Positions 48,611-58,469 of a DNA stretch of 64,000 nt are shown here, one piece after another (within the stretch, counting starts at the first letter, position 1; the number at the start of each line of letters is the position of its first letter). The translations under genes were made by a program, and so were the position numbers. This DNA is from a virus, in the IMG/VR virus record IMGVR_UViG_3300012922_000001, positions 1 through 64,000 of that record; one strand, written 5' to 3'. The notes under the pieces were generated by a model. The model had not been told where the DNA came from and made no database searches. It saw only the letters and a list, made by a program, of their open reading frames with translations.

Positions 48611-50249
48611 AGAACTCAAAATCGAGTACGCCTTCCAAGAGTCTCAGACGAGGCTCTTTAAGTATGTCAGCAGACAAGGCCATTCCTACCTTCAGCACAT
48701 TGCTCCTCAGGACCTAGAAGTTGGCGGCCAGCGCAGCGGAAAAACCACTGGCGCCCTGATGTTTGGCATCATCAACTACTGCCTAGCCTTTGCCCATTGT
48801 GACATTCTCGTTCTCCGACGCACGATCCCAGAACTTGACGCCGGCGTCATCCAGGACTTCAAGAAGTTCGTTCCAGAAGAGCTTTATGATTTCAATCACA
48901 CAACGCGCATTGCTAGGTTCAAAGAGAATGGCTCCAGAATCGTCTTCGCCGGTTGCGCGAATAACGTAGAGCGCGACATTGAGCGGTACCTGGGCCAAGC
49001 CTATCCCTACATTTTGGTCGATGAATGCGCGCAGTTTAGTCCTGACGTGTGGCAGCGTCTCTATGCCCGTAACTTGGTGAATGCGGCTTGCGAACCCGAT
49101 AAATTTGGAAATCTTCCGATACCGGAAATCGTAGGCTGTACGAACCCGATTGGTGCGCACTGGGCCTTCTATCACACGCAGTTTGTGCTCAAGGAACCGA
49201 TGGAGCGCGAAGAGGGGGCACGCAAGGCCAAAGATGGTTCTTGGTGGGTGCTGGATGCTGGTGAGTGGCGCTGCATCTACAATCCCAAGGATTACGCCTC
49301 GAATCACACAACTGTCTTCGACAACGCCGCCTATCTAAAGCGTGATCCAGGCATCGTGAACCGTCTGCGAGCTCTGCCGAAGGCGAAGATGAACAAATTC
49401 CTGCTTGGTCTAATGGATCGGCAGGAAGGGCAGTATTTCGATTGCTGGAGCGATGATTATCATGTCATCGACCTACGCGAAGACCCGGAAGCAATCATTT
49501 GGCAGGATTGGCAGCCTGTCTGGGGTGGTCAGGACTGGGGCGTCGGCCACTGGAATGCTTTCTATCTATTCACGAAGGCGCTGGTGAGGCGATCGATCGG
49601 CGATGATTATCTGACCAAAACCGTGTGCTTCAAGGAAGTGGCGCCGGAGACCACCGGGCACACGAACATCGCTTTTGCCGACATGATTCAGGCGGCAGCT
49701 TTTTACCCTAAGCTTCCGGAAGAGCATCCGCAGCATTCTCGTATCTCAGGCAAGCCGTGTAAGGTTCGCGCCATCTACTTCTCTCACGAAAAATTCTCGC
49801 GAGTGATGGAAGCGCACTCGCCGGCAGACGACTACTCAAGACTGCTTCGGGCACGCGGCCTGCCGCCGGTATCGCGTGGAACCACGGATCGTATTGGCTC
49901 GGCATCCTATACGTACAATCAATTAAAAATCGGCCGTCTCGTTGTACTCAAAACCTGTGCTGGCATAATCCAAGCCTTCCCGCAGCTCATGCGGAATCCG
50001 CAGGAATTGGATGATGTTCTCAAAACGAACACTAAGGCTGACGACCGCTACGACGGATTCCGGCTCGGTCTCTATGGTGAATTCAAGGCTCGCGGAACTC
50101 CGGAGATCGAAGCCGTCAACGAGTTCGAGAAGAACATGGAACCACTCGCGCGCTACATCCACGCCCACAAGAAGAAATACGAACTCGCGCACGCGAAGGA
50201 TTCGTTTAGACAAAAAGAGGTGCCTCTATGGCAGGCGAAATTGCAGTAA
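48564..50249 (+). CDS. terL: terminase large subunit
   Basis: 561 aa. Walker A is GGQRSGKTT and Walker B is YILVDECAQF. The nuclease-domain-like block is GGQDWGVGHWNAFYLF. The start may be the ATG at 48588. Confidence 0.85.
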   Translation: MKRSAQRPMALTLKPKELKIEYAFQESQTRLFKYVSRQGHSYLQHIAPQDLEVGGQRSGKTTGALMFGIINYCLAFAHCDILVLRRTIPELDAGVIQDFKKFVPEELYDFNHTTRIARFKENGSRIVFAGCANNVERDIERYLGQAYPYILVDECAQFSPDVWQRLYARNLVNAACEPDKFGNLPIPEIVGCTNPIGAHWAFYHTQFVLKEPMEREEGARKAKDGSWWVLDAGEWRCIYNPKDYASNHTTVFDNAAYLKRDPGIVNRLRALPKAKMNKFLLGLMDRQEGQYFDCWSDDYHVIDLREDPEAIIWQDWQPVWGGQDWGVGHWNAFYLFTKALVRRSIGDDYLTKTVCFKEVAPETTGHTNIAFADMIQAAAFYPKLPEEHPQHSRISGKPCKVRAIYFSHEKFSRVMEAHSPADDYSRLLRARGLPPVSRGTTDRIGSASYTYNQLKIGRLVVLKTCAGIIQAFPQLMRNPQELDDVLKTNTKADDRYDGFRLGLYGEFKARGTPEIEAVNEFEKNMEPLARYIHAHKKKYELAHAKDSFRQKEVPLWQAKLQ

Positions 50250-50599
50250 GCGAAAAAATCAGGATGTTCTTTCGGCAGTTACTCGGTTCCAGGATGGCAT
50301 CGCATCTTGAGGACGAGATGGTGCGCTTGCGCGGTGACTATGAAGTACGCTTGCGTGAGCGCGAGCAGTACATTTCCGATCTGAAAGAGGAAAAGCAGTC
50401 ACTTCAGCGTAAGGTTTCGGAGTACGAACTGATCTTGATTCCGCTGACATCGGGTAACCTGCTTGGAGCTCCCAAGGGACCGCGTCCAGTCTTCGAGGAT
50501 GTGGCACCTACTAATTCGTGGAAAGCCGAGCAGGATCGTTTCTATAAGCAGCAAGAGGAAGAAGCCGCGCAGGAAGCGGCTAAGGCTCAAGCGCAATAG
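50228..50599 (+). CDS. coiled-coil protein
   Basis: Track ORF of 123 aa (EMVRLRGDYEVRLREREQYISDLKEEKQSLQRKVSEYE). Confidence 0.45.
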   Translation: MAGEIAVSEKIRMFFRQLLGSRMASHLEDEMVRLRGDYEVRLREREQYISDLKEEKQSLQRKVSEYELILIPLTSGNLLGAPKGPRPVFEDVAPTNSWKAEQDRFYKQQEEEAAQEAAKAQAQ

Positions 50600-50638
50600 T
50601 GGCATCTGGGGCAACGATAGAGAGTCTCCGGAGGAATC

Positions 50639-51061
50639 ATGATGCAAGCCAGCGACGGAAAACAGTTCGGTAATAAATTTCGGATGAAGCGCTACGAGAG
50701 CGCGCACAGCGGGAAGCCTGCCGGCCCCCGCGCTGAGGCCAATGCGATGAATGCTGGCCCGCATGAAGGTCCCGAAGGCGGCGTGGTGGATGAGGCCAAC
50801 GGTGCGAATCCGGAGCAGATGGCGAGCGAGCACGGCCCGGCACATGAAGTCCACATTACTCACGATCACGAAGGCGGAAAACACCACGTCCACGTCGTTC
50901 ATGGCGACGGGCACGAGCACCATTCCGATCATCCCTCCGCCGACCACGCGCATCATCACGCCGCGGTATCCGCTGGCGTCATGGCTCCGCCGATGGAAAA
51001 AGAGGAATCCGAGCACGAACCTGCCGGCGAAGATCCATATGAAAGCGAGCCCTTGGACTAA
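50639..51061 (+). CDS. histidine-rich protein (metal-binding candidate)
   Basis: 140 aa with the segment HEVHITHDHEGGKHHVHVVHGDGHEHHSDHPSADHAHHH. An SD (GGAGG) lies upstream. Confidence 0.55.
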   Translation: MMQASDGKQFGNKFRMKRYESAHSGKPAGPRAEANAMNAGPHEGPEGGVVDEANGANPEQMASEHGPAHEVHITHDHEGGKHHVHVVHGDGHEHHSDHPSADHAHHHAAVSAGVMAPPMEKEESEHEPAGEDPYESEPLD

Positions 51062-51246
51062 TGCCATCCGTCAGCCAAGCGCAAGGGCGCTTCTTTCGGT
51101 GGGCTGAACATGATCCTGCGCAGGCCAAGAAAGAAGGCGTCGATATGACACATGAGCAAATGCACGAATTTGCTGTGACGCCGGATGCGGGCCTGCCGGA
51201 ACGCAAGACCAAGAAGTTCTCCCACGCCAGTAAACGGAGCCAGTGA
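51061..51246 (+). CDS. DUF3008-like small protein
   Basis: 61 aa. MPSVSQAQGRFF ... HEFAVTPDAGLPE follows the S-x-AQ-x-R ... EFA-x-T ... LPE pattern I associate with that family. Confidence 0.4.
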   Translation: MPSVSQAQGRFFRWAEHDPAQAKKEGVDMTHEQMHEFAVTPDAGLPERKTKKFSHASKRSQ

Positions 51247-51737
51247 TGCCGTCAGGGGTTTATGTTCGAAAAGAAAGCGTATTGCAAATGCTACGCACTA
51301 GAGTCAAGTTAATAGCTGGCACTGGCGCAAGGCCTAAGCAGACGCATTGCCAAAACGGGCATGCTCTCATAGACGGCAATCTTTATTGGAAGAAAAACGG
51401 TAAAGCCCGCTGTTGTAAGACGTGTGTTCTAGCGAAAGGCAAAAAGAAAAGAGAACTTTTCCCTGATGAAGAAAAGAAGCACGCTCGCCGGAGTAGGCTC
51501 TTGCGAAATGGTTGGACCCCCGAGGAATATATTGTTGCTTTTGCTCTTCAAAACGGGGTTTGTGCTATTTGTAAAAAAGCTGAGACGGTTGGCTATAACT
51601 TACGTGCGGACCATGATCACGCTACCGGAAATAAAAGAGAACTATTGTGTCACCGTTGCAATGCAGCGATAGGGCTTCTTCGAGAGCATCCGGAAATTTG
51701 TCGAGCGGCAGCTGATTACATAGAAAAGCACAAATAG
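51243..51737 (+). CDS. endonuclease VII-type (His-Me finger) homing endonuclease
   Basis: 164 aa. An N-terminal Zn loop (THCQNGH ... CCKTC) is followed by CAICKK ... LRADHDHATGNKRELLCHRCNAAIGLL. It sits in a low-GC pocket. Confidence 0.75.
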   Translation: MMPSGVYVRKESVLQMLRTRVKLIAGTGARPKQTHCQNGHALIDGNLYWKKNGKARCCKTCVLAKGKKKRELFPDEEKKHARRSRLLRNGWTPEEYIVAFALQNGVCAICKKAETVGYNLRADHDHATGNKRELLCHRCNAAIGLLREHPEICRAAADYIEKHK

Positions 51738-54401
51738 ATGCCAGACACCCTCGAAGAGCGCCCCGCCGAACTGCCTGCGGGCGATCAGGAAACAGAACTT
51801 GAACAGAAAAAAGACCCATCTTTTGACGAAATCGGGCGCTATTGTGCCTTCGATTGGGTGCCAGAACCGCACTATCTATCGAACGACAAAGTTTGGATCC
51901 CCGAACTCTTTCAGGACGATCCAGATAATCCCCGCGATATCTCCCCACTCTCAGAAGACGCTCGTAAAGCCCTTTTAGAGATCGACCAGATTGCCGCGAA
52001 AACTGATGTCTCCCCCCGGCGCATAGAAATCGAGTGCGCATGGCGTGCGAATCACTATCAAAGGGGCTACCAGTTCCTTCTTCACCATCGGAACGGTGGA
52101 TTCACGCTGCCCGGAAACGGCAGTCCATTCTCGGCCGCAAATCAGCAACTCCTTTCGCACACTTACCACACGAACATCTACGGTGAAAAAGGCGAGATCA
52201 TCATTGCGGCGCTCTCGCGCGAAGTCCCGCGGGTAGAGTTCTTTCCGGCCAATCCCGAGCACGGGCCGGATCAGGCCATGGCTTCGGTCGCCGAAGACCT
52301 GAAGGACATCTGGGCCAAGAACAACAACCTCCAGTCCATCCTTCAGGATGCAGCTTCGCTCTTTTGGACGGACGATCGGTGCCTTTTCTGGACGCGCTAC
52401 GAGCTCAATGGCGACGAATATGGTTATGAAGAGGAAGAAGAGCCTACCGTACCTGAAAACGAGATCATGCCGCCAACCACGCCCACGGAGACGGCGGGCG
52501 CCGAAGAATATCAGGACAGCAATGACTCACCGCTGAAATCGGCCACGCGGAAGCCCCGCGGCCGAGTGCGCACGACTGCCATGGGCAAGCTGGACCACCA
52601 AGTCCCGATTTACGTTGATGGTCAGTTCCAGATGGGCACAATCACAATTTTCGAAGACAAGGATCTGGCGATTGCAAAGGCCCAGTTCCCATGGATGAAA
52701 GACAAGATCAAGGGTGGCGGCGACGGCGTAGGCGAGGTTGAACTGGGGCGCATCGCCCGCGAGAATGTCCGACAGGCGGTTCCCGGGCAGTACGTGACCG
52801 GTGATTCTCTCAACCGGCATTCCGTCGTGAAGCACACCTACATCCGCCGCGCCATGTTCTTTGACGATTGCGTGAAAACCCAGGAAATCCGGGAAGAACT
52901 GCTCGAGAAGTTCCCCGATGGCGCGTTGCTCGTCAAAGCTGGACCTGATTTTGCGTTCGCACGCAACGAGGGCATGGATGACCATTGCAGCATCGGTCAT
53001 CCTTTCCCCGGAAAAGGCCAGAACCGGCGCGCCCTGGGCGACTCCTTGCTTCCGATTCAGGATTATGCAAACGAACTGATTTCATTGGCGCTGGACTTCG
53101 CCAAGCGAACTATCGCGAAAAAGTGGATGGATTCGGAGACTTTCAACGTCGAGGCGCTCAAGAATCAGACAAACGTGCCAGGTTCGATCGGCCCATTTAG
53201 TCGTGTGCCCGGCGTCGGCATTGATCAGCTTATCTTCATCGAGCCAACCCCGACCCCACAGCCGTGGCTGATCACTTTCATTCAGTGGGTAGTCACCAGT
53301 TTAGCCGAGCAGATTTCCGGCGCGCTCCCTTCTCTATTCGGTGCCCAGATCAGTGGACAGGTAGGTTCTGAAGGTGTCGCTACACAGCGTGACCAGGCCA
53401 TGCAGCGTCAGGGATGCCCTTGGAACTCCGTACAGGCCATGTTTGCCTCCGCGGCGCGCCAGGCGGCCATGCTGATGGCTCGCTGCACCGCCAAGGACAT
53501 CAATGATGTGGTTCCCGGCAAGGGAAAGATTTCGATCAACGTCAACAGCCTCAAGGGAAATGTGCTGTGCTTTGCCGAGCAGAATCCAGAGTTTCCGGAA
53601 AGCTGGTCGCAGAAGGAAACGCGCATCATGTCGGTAGTTGACAAGGCCCTAGCATCGCCGGGATCGGAATTCTCGAAACTCGTGTTGGATCCGAAGAATC
53701 TCAAAGCCATCCGCTCGGCGGTACGCCTCAACGACTTCACCATCAAGGGATCGGCGTCAGTCGAGAAACAAGAGGCGGAGTTCGAAATCCTGCTTCGTTC
53801 CGGCCCGCGCGATAACCCGGCCAAGATGAAGATTCAAGCTGCCATAGAGCAGGCCAAGGCCGGCGCGCTACAGCACATTGCCGAATCTCAGCAATCTGGC
53901 CAGGAACCGCCTCCAGACGTGCAGCAGCAAGTCCAGCAGGCGCCACAGATGATCTCCTTCTTGGAGCAGCAAGCACAGCAGATGCCGGATCAACTTTCCA
54001 CGGTGCCGGTACGCGGCGATGGTTCTGAGGATGACGACGTGGAAGCCGGGCTTTGCTTCGATTGGATGAACTCGGCAGATGGGAGGAAATACGAGAATGG
54101 TGACCCAGGGCAAAAATTGGCGTTCGCGAACGTCCATTTGCACTGGAAAGAACACAGCGATTCTGCTAAGAAACAGGCGGCCGCAGCCGCACCACCACCT
54201 CCGCCACCGAAGGTCAGTTTTTCAGTGGCGGCAGACAAGGAACCACCGAACGTACAGGCGGCCATTGTTGCGGCAGGAGGTATTAAATCCAGTCCAGCGG
54301 AGTTCGCACAGCATCAAGAGACGCAGGCAAATATCGACATCCAGAAGAAGGTGATTCCGGACACCGTGTATTTGCAAGGTCTCCACAAAGAACCGCAGTA
54401 G
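51738..54401 (+). CDS. portal protein candidate
   Basis: 887 aa, the largest head-module ORF. It follows terL and precedes the scaffold and capsid genes. No motif recognised, so the call is positional. Confidence 0.6.
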   Translation: MPDTLEERPAELPAGDQETELEQKKDPSFDEIGRYCAFDWVPEPHYLSNDKVWIPELFQDDPDNPRDISPLSEDARKALLEIDQIAAKTDVSPRRIEIECAWRANHYQRGYQFLLHHRNGGFTLPGNGSPFSAANQQLLSHTYHTNIYGEKGEIIIAALSREVPRVEFFPANPEHGPDQAMASVAEDLKDIWAKNNNLQSILQDAASLFWTDDRCLFWTRYELNGDEYGYEEEEEPTVPENEIMPPTTPTETAGAEEYQDSNDSPLKSATRKPRGRVRTTAMGKLDHQVPIYVDGQFQMGTITIFEDKDLAIAKAQFPWMKDKIKGGGDGVGEVELGRIARENVRQAVPGQYVTGDSLNRHSVVKHTYIRRAMFFDDCVKTQEIREELLEKFPDGALLVKAGPDFAFARNEGMDDHCSIGHPFPGKGQNRRALGDSLLPIQDYANELISLALDFAKRTIAKKWMDSETFNVEALKNQTNVPGSIGPFSRVPGVGIDQLIFIEPTPTPQPWLITFIQWVVTSLAEQISGALPSLFGAQISGQVGSEGVATQRDQAMQRQGCPWNSVQAMFASAARQAAMLMARCTAKDINDVVPGKGKISINVNSLKGNVLCFAEQNPEFPESWSQKETRIMSVVDKALASPGSEFSKLVLDPKNLKAIRSAVRLNDFTIKGSASVEKQEAEFEILLRSGPRDNPAKMKIQAAIEQAKAGALQHIAESQQSGQEPPPDVQQQVQQAPQMISFLEQQAQQMPDQLSTVPVRGDGSEDDDVEAGLCFDWMNSADGRKYENGDPGQKLAFANVHLHWKEHSDSAKKQAAAAAPPPPPPKVSFSVAADKEPPNVQAAIVAAGGIKSSPAEFAQHQETQANIDIQKKVIPDTVYLQGLHKEPQ

Positions 54402-54471
54402 GGTTGCATCTGTGGGAAGGATAGCGGGGCAACCCGCTAATTCACGGGCCTAGCCCGATAGGAGTCTCCAG

Positions 54472-55800
54472 ATGGCCTCAGGTGACGTTTCCGCCCTTCT
54501 TGACATAGCCGGTTCCGCTCCACAGGTTGACCCAGCCCCAGTAGACACCCCCGATATAGCACCCCTCGAAGAAACTCCTGAGTCAACGCCTGCCGATGGT
54601 GCGCAGCCAGAAGCCGCCGAAAGCACCGAAAAGCCAATCGACGCGCGCACGAACCCAAAGGCGATTCGGGAAGCGCTGAAAACCCTCCGCGATTCATCTC
54701 CGGAAAACGCGCCAATCGCCCGCGAATTGAACAACATAGTGGGGAGGCACGCTGCCTACAAGGCGGAATTCCCGACCGTGGCCGAAGCGCGCGACGCCAA
54801 AGCTCTCCTGACGGCAGTTGGGGGCAATGAGGGGCTTGCGCAGCTCCAGGCGACGATCAAAGACGTGGGCGAGACGGACGCCGCGCTCTATGCCGGCGAT
54901 CCGAAGGTTCTCGATAACCTGATCGAGGACATGAGGTCCGAAGGCAAGCTGGATGCTTTCACGAAGCTCGCAGGTCCATTCTTGGACAAACTGCGCTCGC
55001 TGGACGCCGAAGGCTACATCAAGACGCTGAAACCGCACTTCCACCAAGGGCTTGTTAGCGCCGGGCTCCCGAAGATGCTTCAACTGCTCACTCAGTCCCT
55101 TTCCGGCGCCACGCCTGACGTTGCTACCACCAAAGCTCTCGTTTCTGAGATGGCAGACTGGTACGAGAGCATCAAGAGTTCGATCGAAACTGATGACAAG
55201 ACCAAACTCGATCCTGATCGTCAGGCCTTCGAGAAAGAGCGCTCCGATTTCCAGACCACCAAGCAGAAAGAGTTCAACAACACCGTCGGCACAGCCTGCG
55301 AAACCCACAACAACCGGGAACTCGGTCTCGAGCTTGGAAAGTACTTCAAGACGCCATTCTTCAAGACATTACCGCTCGCCTCGCGGCAAGATCTTGCGTC
55401 AGGCATCAAGAATCGACTCTTCTCGGAACTGAAGGCCGACAAGACCTACCAGTCGCAAATGGAGGCGTTCTTCTCGTCCAAGAGCCCTGATAGGGAGAAG
55501 ATTGAGCGGTACCATGAGGCCAGAGTCAAGACCATGGCCGCGCGCGTCGTTAAATCGGTCATTGAGACGCGCTATCCGAACCACAGCAAAGTTGTCGCCA
55601 TGCGCCCAGCGGCCGCCAGTCCTGCCGCTCCGGCCGCTGCCGCTGCACCAGCCAGTAGCAAGCCGGTATTCGTCACCGCCAAGCCAGCTTGGGAGCAGTT
55701 GGATATGGACAAGGACCCTCAGCGGATGCTGTTTGCTTCCGGCCGCGGCTATCGCAAGAGTGATGGAAAATTCATCACCTGGAACCCGAAGTTCAAGTAG
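54472..55800 (+). CDS. scaffolding protein candidate
   Basis: 442 aa, acidic and helical with an Ala/Pro-rich tract (AAASPAAPAAAAAPASS). It lies between the portal and capsid genes. Confidence 0.45.
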   Translation: MASGDVSALLDIAGSAPQVDPAPVDTPDIAPLEETPESTPADGAQPEAAESTEKPIDARTNPKAIREALKTLRDSSPENAPIARELNNIVGRHAAYKAEFPTVAEARDAKALLTAVGGNEGLAQLQATIKDVGETDAALYAGDPKVLDNLIEDMRSEGKLDAFTKLAGPFLDKLRSLDAEGYIKTLKPHFHQGLVSAGLPKMLQLLTQSLSGATPDVATTKALVSEMADWYESIKSSIETDDKTKLDPDRQAFEKERSDFQTTKQKEFNNTVGTACETHNNRELGLELGKYFKTPFFKTLPLASRQDLASGIKNRLFSELKADKTYQSQMEAFFSSKSPDREKIERYHEARVKTMAARVVKSVIETRYPNHSKVVAMRPAAASPAAPAAAAAPASSKPVFVTAKPAWEQLDMDKDPQRMLFASGRGYRKSDGKFITWNPKFK

Positions 55801-55818
55801 AATCGGTGCGGAGGTTTT

Positions 55819-56256
55819 ATGTCAGGAACAATCGCAACCGACGCAACTCTTTCAGCAACCGGGACCATTACTCTTTCAACCGTAGCGCCACCCCGAATCG
55901 CCGCGACTTATACAGGGAATGGCGTAATCTCTCAAAAAGAAGGCACGGTTCTCATAAGTTCCGCTACTGGTGGACTTGCTCTTACTCTTGCGACCCCAAC
56001 GAGCGGTACGGATGATGGGAAAGTTCTTCGGATCGTTGATGTAACACCCAATGGGAGCGGTGGAAGCGCAAATACGATTACTACTTCAAATGACTCCTAC
56101 GGAGACAGCGGGAGCGGGCAGTCAGCATGGAATGAACTGGCATTTAACACTGCCACCGATGGTTTCGGTTTTGTCGCTGAACTTTTTGCCTATGCCGGCC
56201 ATTGGTATCTCATCGACGCTTCGTCTAGCACGCGGCTCAATCTCTACTACAACTAG
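55819..56256 (+). CDS. Thr/Gly/Ser-rich small head-module protein (decoration candidate)
   Basis: 145 aa with SD GGAGG upstream. No motif recognised. Confidence 0.4.
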   Translation: MSGTIATDATLSATGTITLSTVAPPRIAATYTGNGVISQKEGTVLISSATGGLALTLATPTSGTDDGKVLRIVDVTPNGSGGSANTITTSNDSYGDSGSGQSAWNELAFNTATDGFGFVAELFAYAGHWYLIDASSSTRLNLYYN

Positions 56257-56258
56257 CC

Positions 56259-56831
56259 GTGAATCTTGCGAACGCTCTCAAAATTGATGGCTGGATGAAC
56301 GATGCCGAGCTTTTATGGCTAGCTCGACAAGCATCGTGTCATGGCATGATCCTTGAAATAGGATCATGGAAAGGCCGTTCAACGAGAGCGTTCGCAGATC
56401 ACACTCCTGGCCTGGTTTACGCGGTGGATATGTGGGAATCTTCTCCTGCGGGATGGATGGATCCAGCTACTTACACAAAAGCCATATTGCAGAAGCGGCC
56501 TGAGGATTACATTTTCCAAATCTTTTGCGACAATCTCAGGTCTCACATCGAAAGTGGCAAGGTTCATCCAATTAGAAAATCCTCTATCGAGGCAGCCGAA
56601 GAGTGCATTCTGTGGTTCGATCTCATCTTCATCGACGCCGCCCACGATTATGAAAGTGTGGCACGTGATATCACTATTTGGAGTGGAAAATTACTTCCGG
56701 GTGGACTTTTATGCGGTCACGATTATTCCGAGCATTGGCCCGACGTGATGAAAGCGGTTGATGACGCGATTCCTCATCGAAAAGTGGTCCCCGGAACCTC
56801 CATCTGGTATGCAAAAATTGCGACTGTGTGA
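56259..56831 (+). CDS. class I SAM-dependent methyltransferase (Methyltransf_24-like)
   Basis: 190 aa with a GTG start. It has ILEIGSWKGRST, LIFIDAAHDYESV, and GGLLCGHDY. Confidence 0.65.
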   Translation: MNLANALKIDGWMNDAELLWLARQASCHGMILEIGSWKGRSTRAFADHTPGLVYAVDMWESSPAGWMDPATYTKAILQKRPEDYIFQIFCDNLRSHIESGKVHPIRKSSIEAAEECILWFDLIFIDAAHDYESVARDITIWSGKLLPGGLLCGHDYSEHWPDVMKAVDDAIPHRKVVPGTSIWYAKIATV

Positions 56832-56984
56832 ACGATAGAGAGACATGAGCGGGTGGTCTGCAAAGACCGTACAAAAACCTAGTCCGACTGTTTCCCTCGT
56901 AGGTGGTAGTTTTGGAGTCTCCAATGCAGGGTCGCTGCGTCTCACGGCGAACGCCTAGCCCACACCGACCACGAGGGTACAGCT

Positions 56985-58352
56985 ATGGCCATCGCAAGTC
57001 CCAACCCATTGCTCGAGGCAGCCGTCGAGTCCATTGAAATTGAACAATTTGCAGAGCAGATCCCGGATCTAGTGTTCCACGGGACCACCGGCTACAGCCT
57101 TTTCAAGCAGAAAGCCCACACTGTCAAAATCTCGAATGAAACCAGCGCCGGCGGCACCGCGCGGCCCCCGTTCCGCATTCCGTTCCGGGTGCAGTCCGGC
57201 TCGGCCATCACGCAGGGTACTGGTAATGGCGATTCGATCGGCCGCGGTAGCGGTTCACAATGGCAGTCGTTCGCGGTTGCTCCTGTCTACGTGTACAACG
57301 TCTGCGAAATTTCTTGGTTGTCGCAGCAGTCCACGAACGGCAAAGAGCGCGGCCTGTTTGAAGTGAAGGCCCAGGAGATGAAGAACTCGCTTGACTCTGC
57401 GATGCAGGGGCTCGAGGGGCTCGTCAACTCAGACGGCAGCGGCATGTTGGATCAGATTCCGACCACCGCGACTGTTAACAGCGGCACCGGCCCGGTAGGT
57501 CCTGGATTCTCGTCCATTGTTGGACTTAACATCGCCGCAGCTTTCAGCGATCAGCAGAATGTGACCGTTTACCCCACGGAAACCTCTGCCTCCCCCCGCG
57601 GATCCTTCACCATCAGCTACATCGATCCGGTGACCCAGACGATCTATTCGGCGACGGCTCTGCCTTCGACCGGCGGTGCTACCCAGACCGGCGATTACCT
57701 GTTCATCTACAACAGCGGAACCGCATCTGGAGCTGCTTCGGCTTCGATCCTTGGGATCAAGGCTTGGCAGATCAATGCCAATACGGGAACCATTGGCGGC
57801 TTGAATCGCGCCAGTTTCCCCGGCCGCATCTCAACCCCGACCATCAACCTTGGCGCCTCAGTCTCCGCCGGCCTCTCGCCGCGTGCGCTGACGCTCCTCG
57901 GCCGCGCCCTCGGCCCCGACGCTCCAGCCATCAAGTCGATGATTTGGTACACCGGATCCGACCAGGGCTACGCCATGGCCAACCTTCAGTACAACGTCAA
58001 CTTGGAGATTCGCTCCAGGGTTACTGGCGACAAAACCGAAGACATGGCCTACAAACTCTTCCAAGACACGTTCGGCGGACGCCCGCTGCACATCTCTTGG
58101 ACGGCTACCCCCGGCCGCATCGACGGACTCGTCATGGACAACTGGTACCTCGGCGAACTCGAGCCGCTGGAGCTTTACGATTTCGGTGGAGGGGCTGTCG
58201 TCATGCCTGTACCTGACATACCTGTAAGTCCTACAGGTCAGAATACTTACTTAAGCAGCCACATGTTCAGCTACGTCTGTAGCTGGAACTTAATAAATGC
58301 TGCCCCCAGAAATTCTTTGTACGTCTCAAATTGCACGCAGCCAGTTATCTGA
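56985..58352 (+). CDS. major capsid protein candidate
   Basis: 455 aa in the position after portal and scaffold. It is followed by the clearest intrinsic terminator in the window. Confidence 0.6.
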   Translation: MAIASPNPLLEAAVESIEIEQFAEQIPDLVFHGTTGYSLFKQKAHTVKISNETSAGGTARPPFRIPFRVQSGSAITQGTGNGDSIGRGSGSQWQSFAVAPVYVYNVCEISWLSQQSTNGKERGLFEVKAQEMKNSLDSAMQGLEGLVNSDGSGMLDQIPTTATVNSGTGPVGPGFSSIVGLNIAAAFSDQQNVTVYPTETSASPRGSFTISYIDPVTQTIYSATALPSTGGATQTGDYLFIYNSGTASGAASASILGIKAWQINANTGTIGGLNRASFPGRISTPTINLGASVSAGLSPRALTLLGRALGPDAPAIKSMIWYTGSDQGYAMANLQYNVNLEIRSRVTGDKTEDMAYKLFQDTFGGRPLHISWTATPGRIDGLVMDNWYLGELEPLELYDFGGGAVVMPVPDIPVSPTGQNTYLSSHMFSYVCSWNLINAAPRNSLYVSNCTQPVI

Positions 58353-58374
58353 TTCCAAAAGAGTTACTGGTTTT

Positions 58375-58409
58375 AAGGCCGGAGCAAATAGCTTCGGCCT
58401 TAATTTTTT
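58375..58409 (+). terminator. rho-independent terminator
   Basis: AAGGCCG-gagcaaatagctt-CGGCCTT followed by AATTTTTT. Confidence 0.7.
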
Positions 58410-58422
58410 GCAATAATAAGTA

Positions 58423-58450
58423 TTGACACATATGAAATCATAGATATATA
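58423..58450 (+). promoter_or_regulatory. promoter candidate for the inserted endonuclease gene
   Basis: TTGACA-N16-TATATA in an AT-rich spacer. Confidence 0.4.
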
Positions 58451-58469
58451 GTTCGTAGTGGAGGCGTTG

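Noticed and set aside
50399-51067. 222-aa minus-strand ORF opposite the His-rich gene
   Set aside because: It is antisense. The plus-strand ORF has an SD and a coherent composition, while the minus ORF is a mirror-image low-complexity artefact (Val/Met/Gly from His codons).
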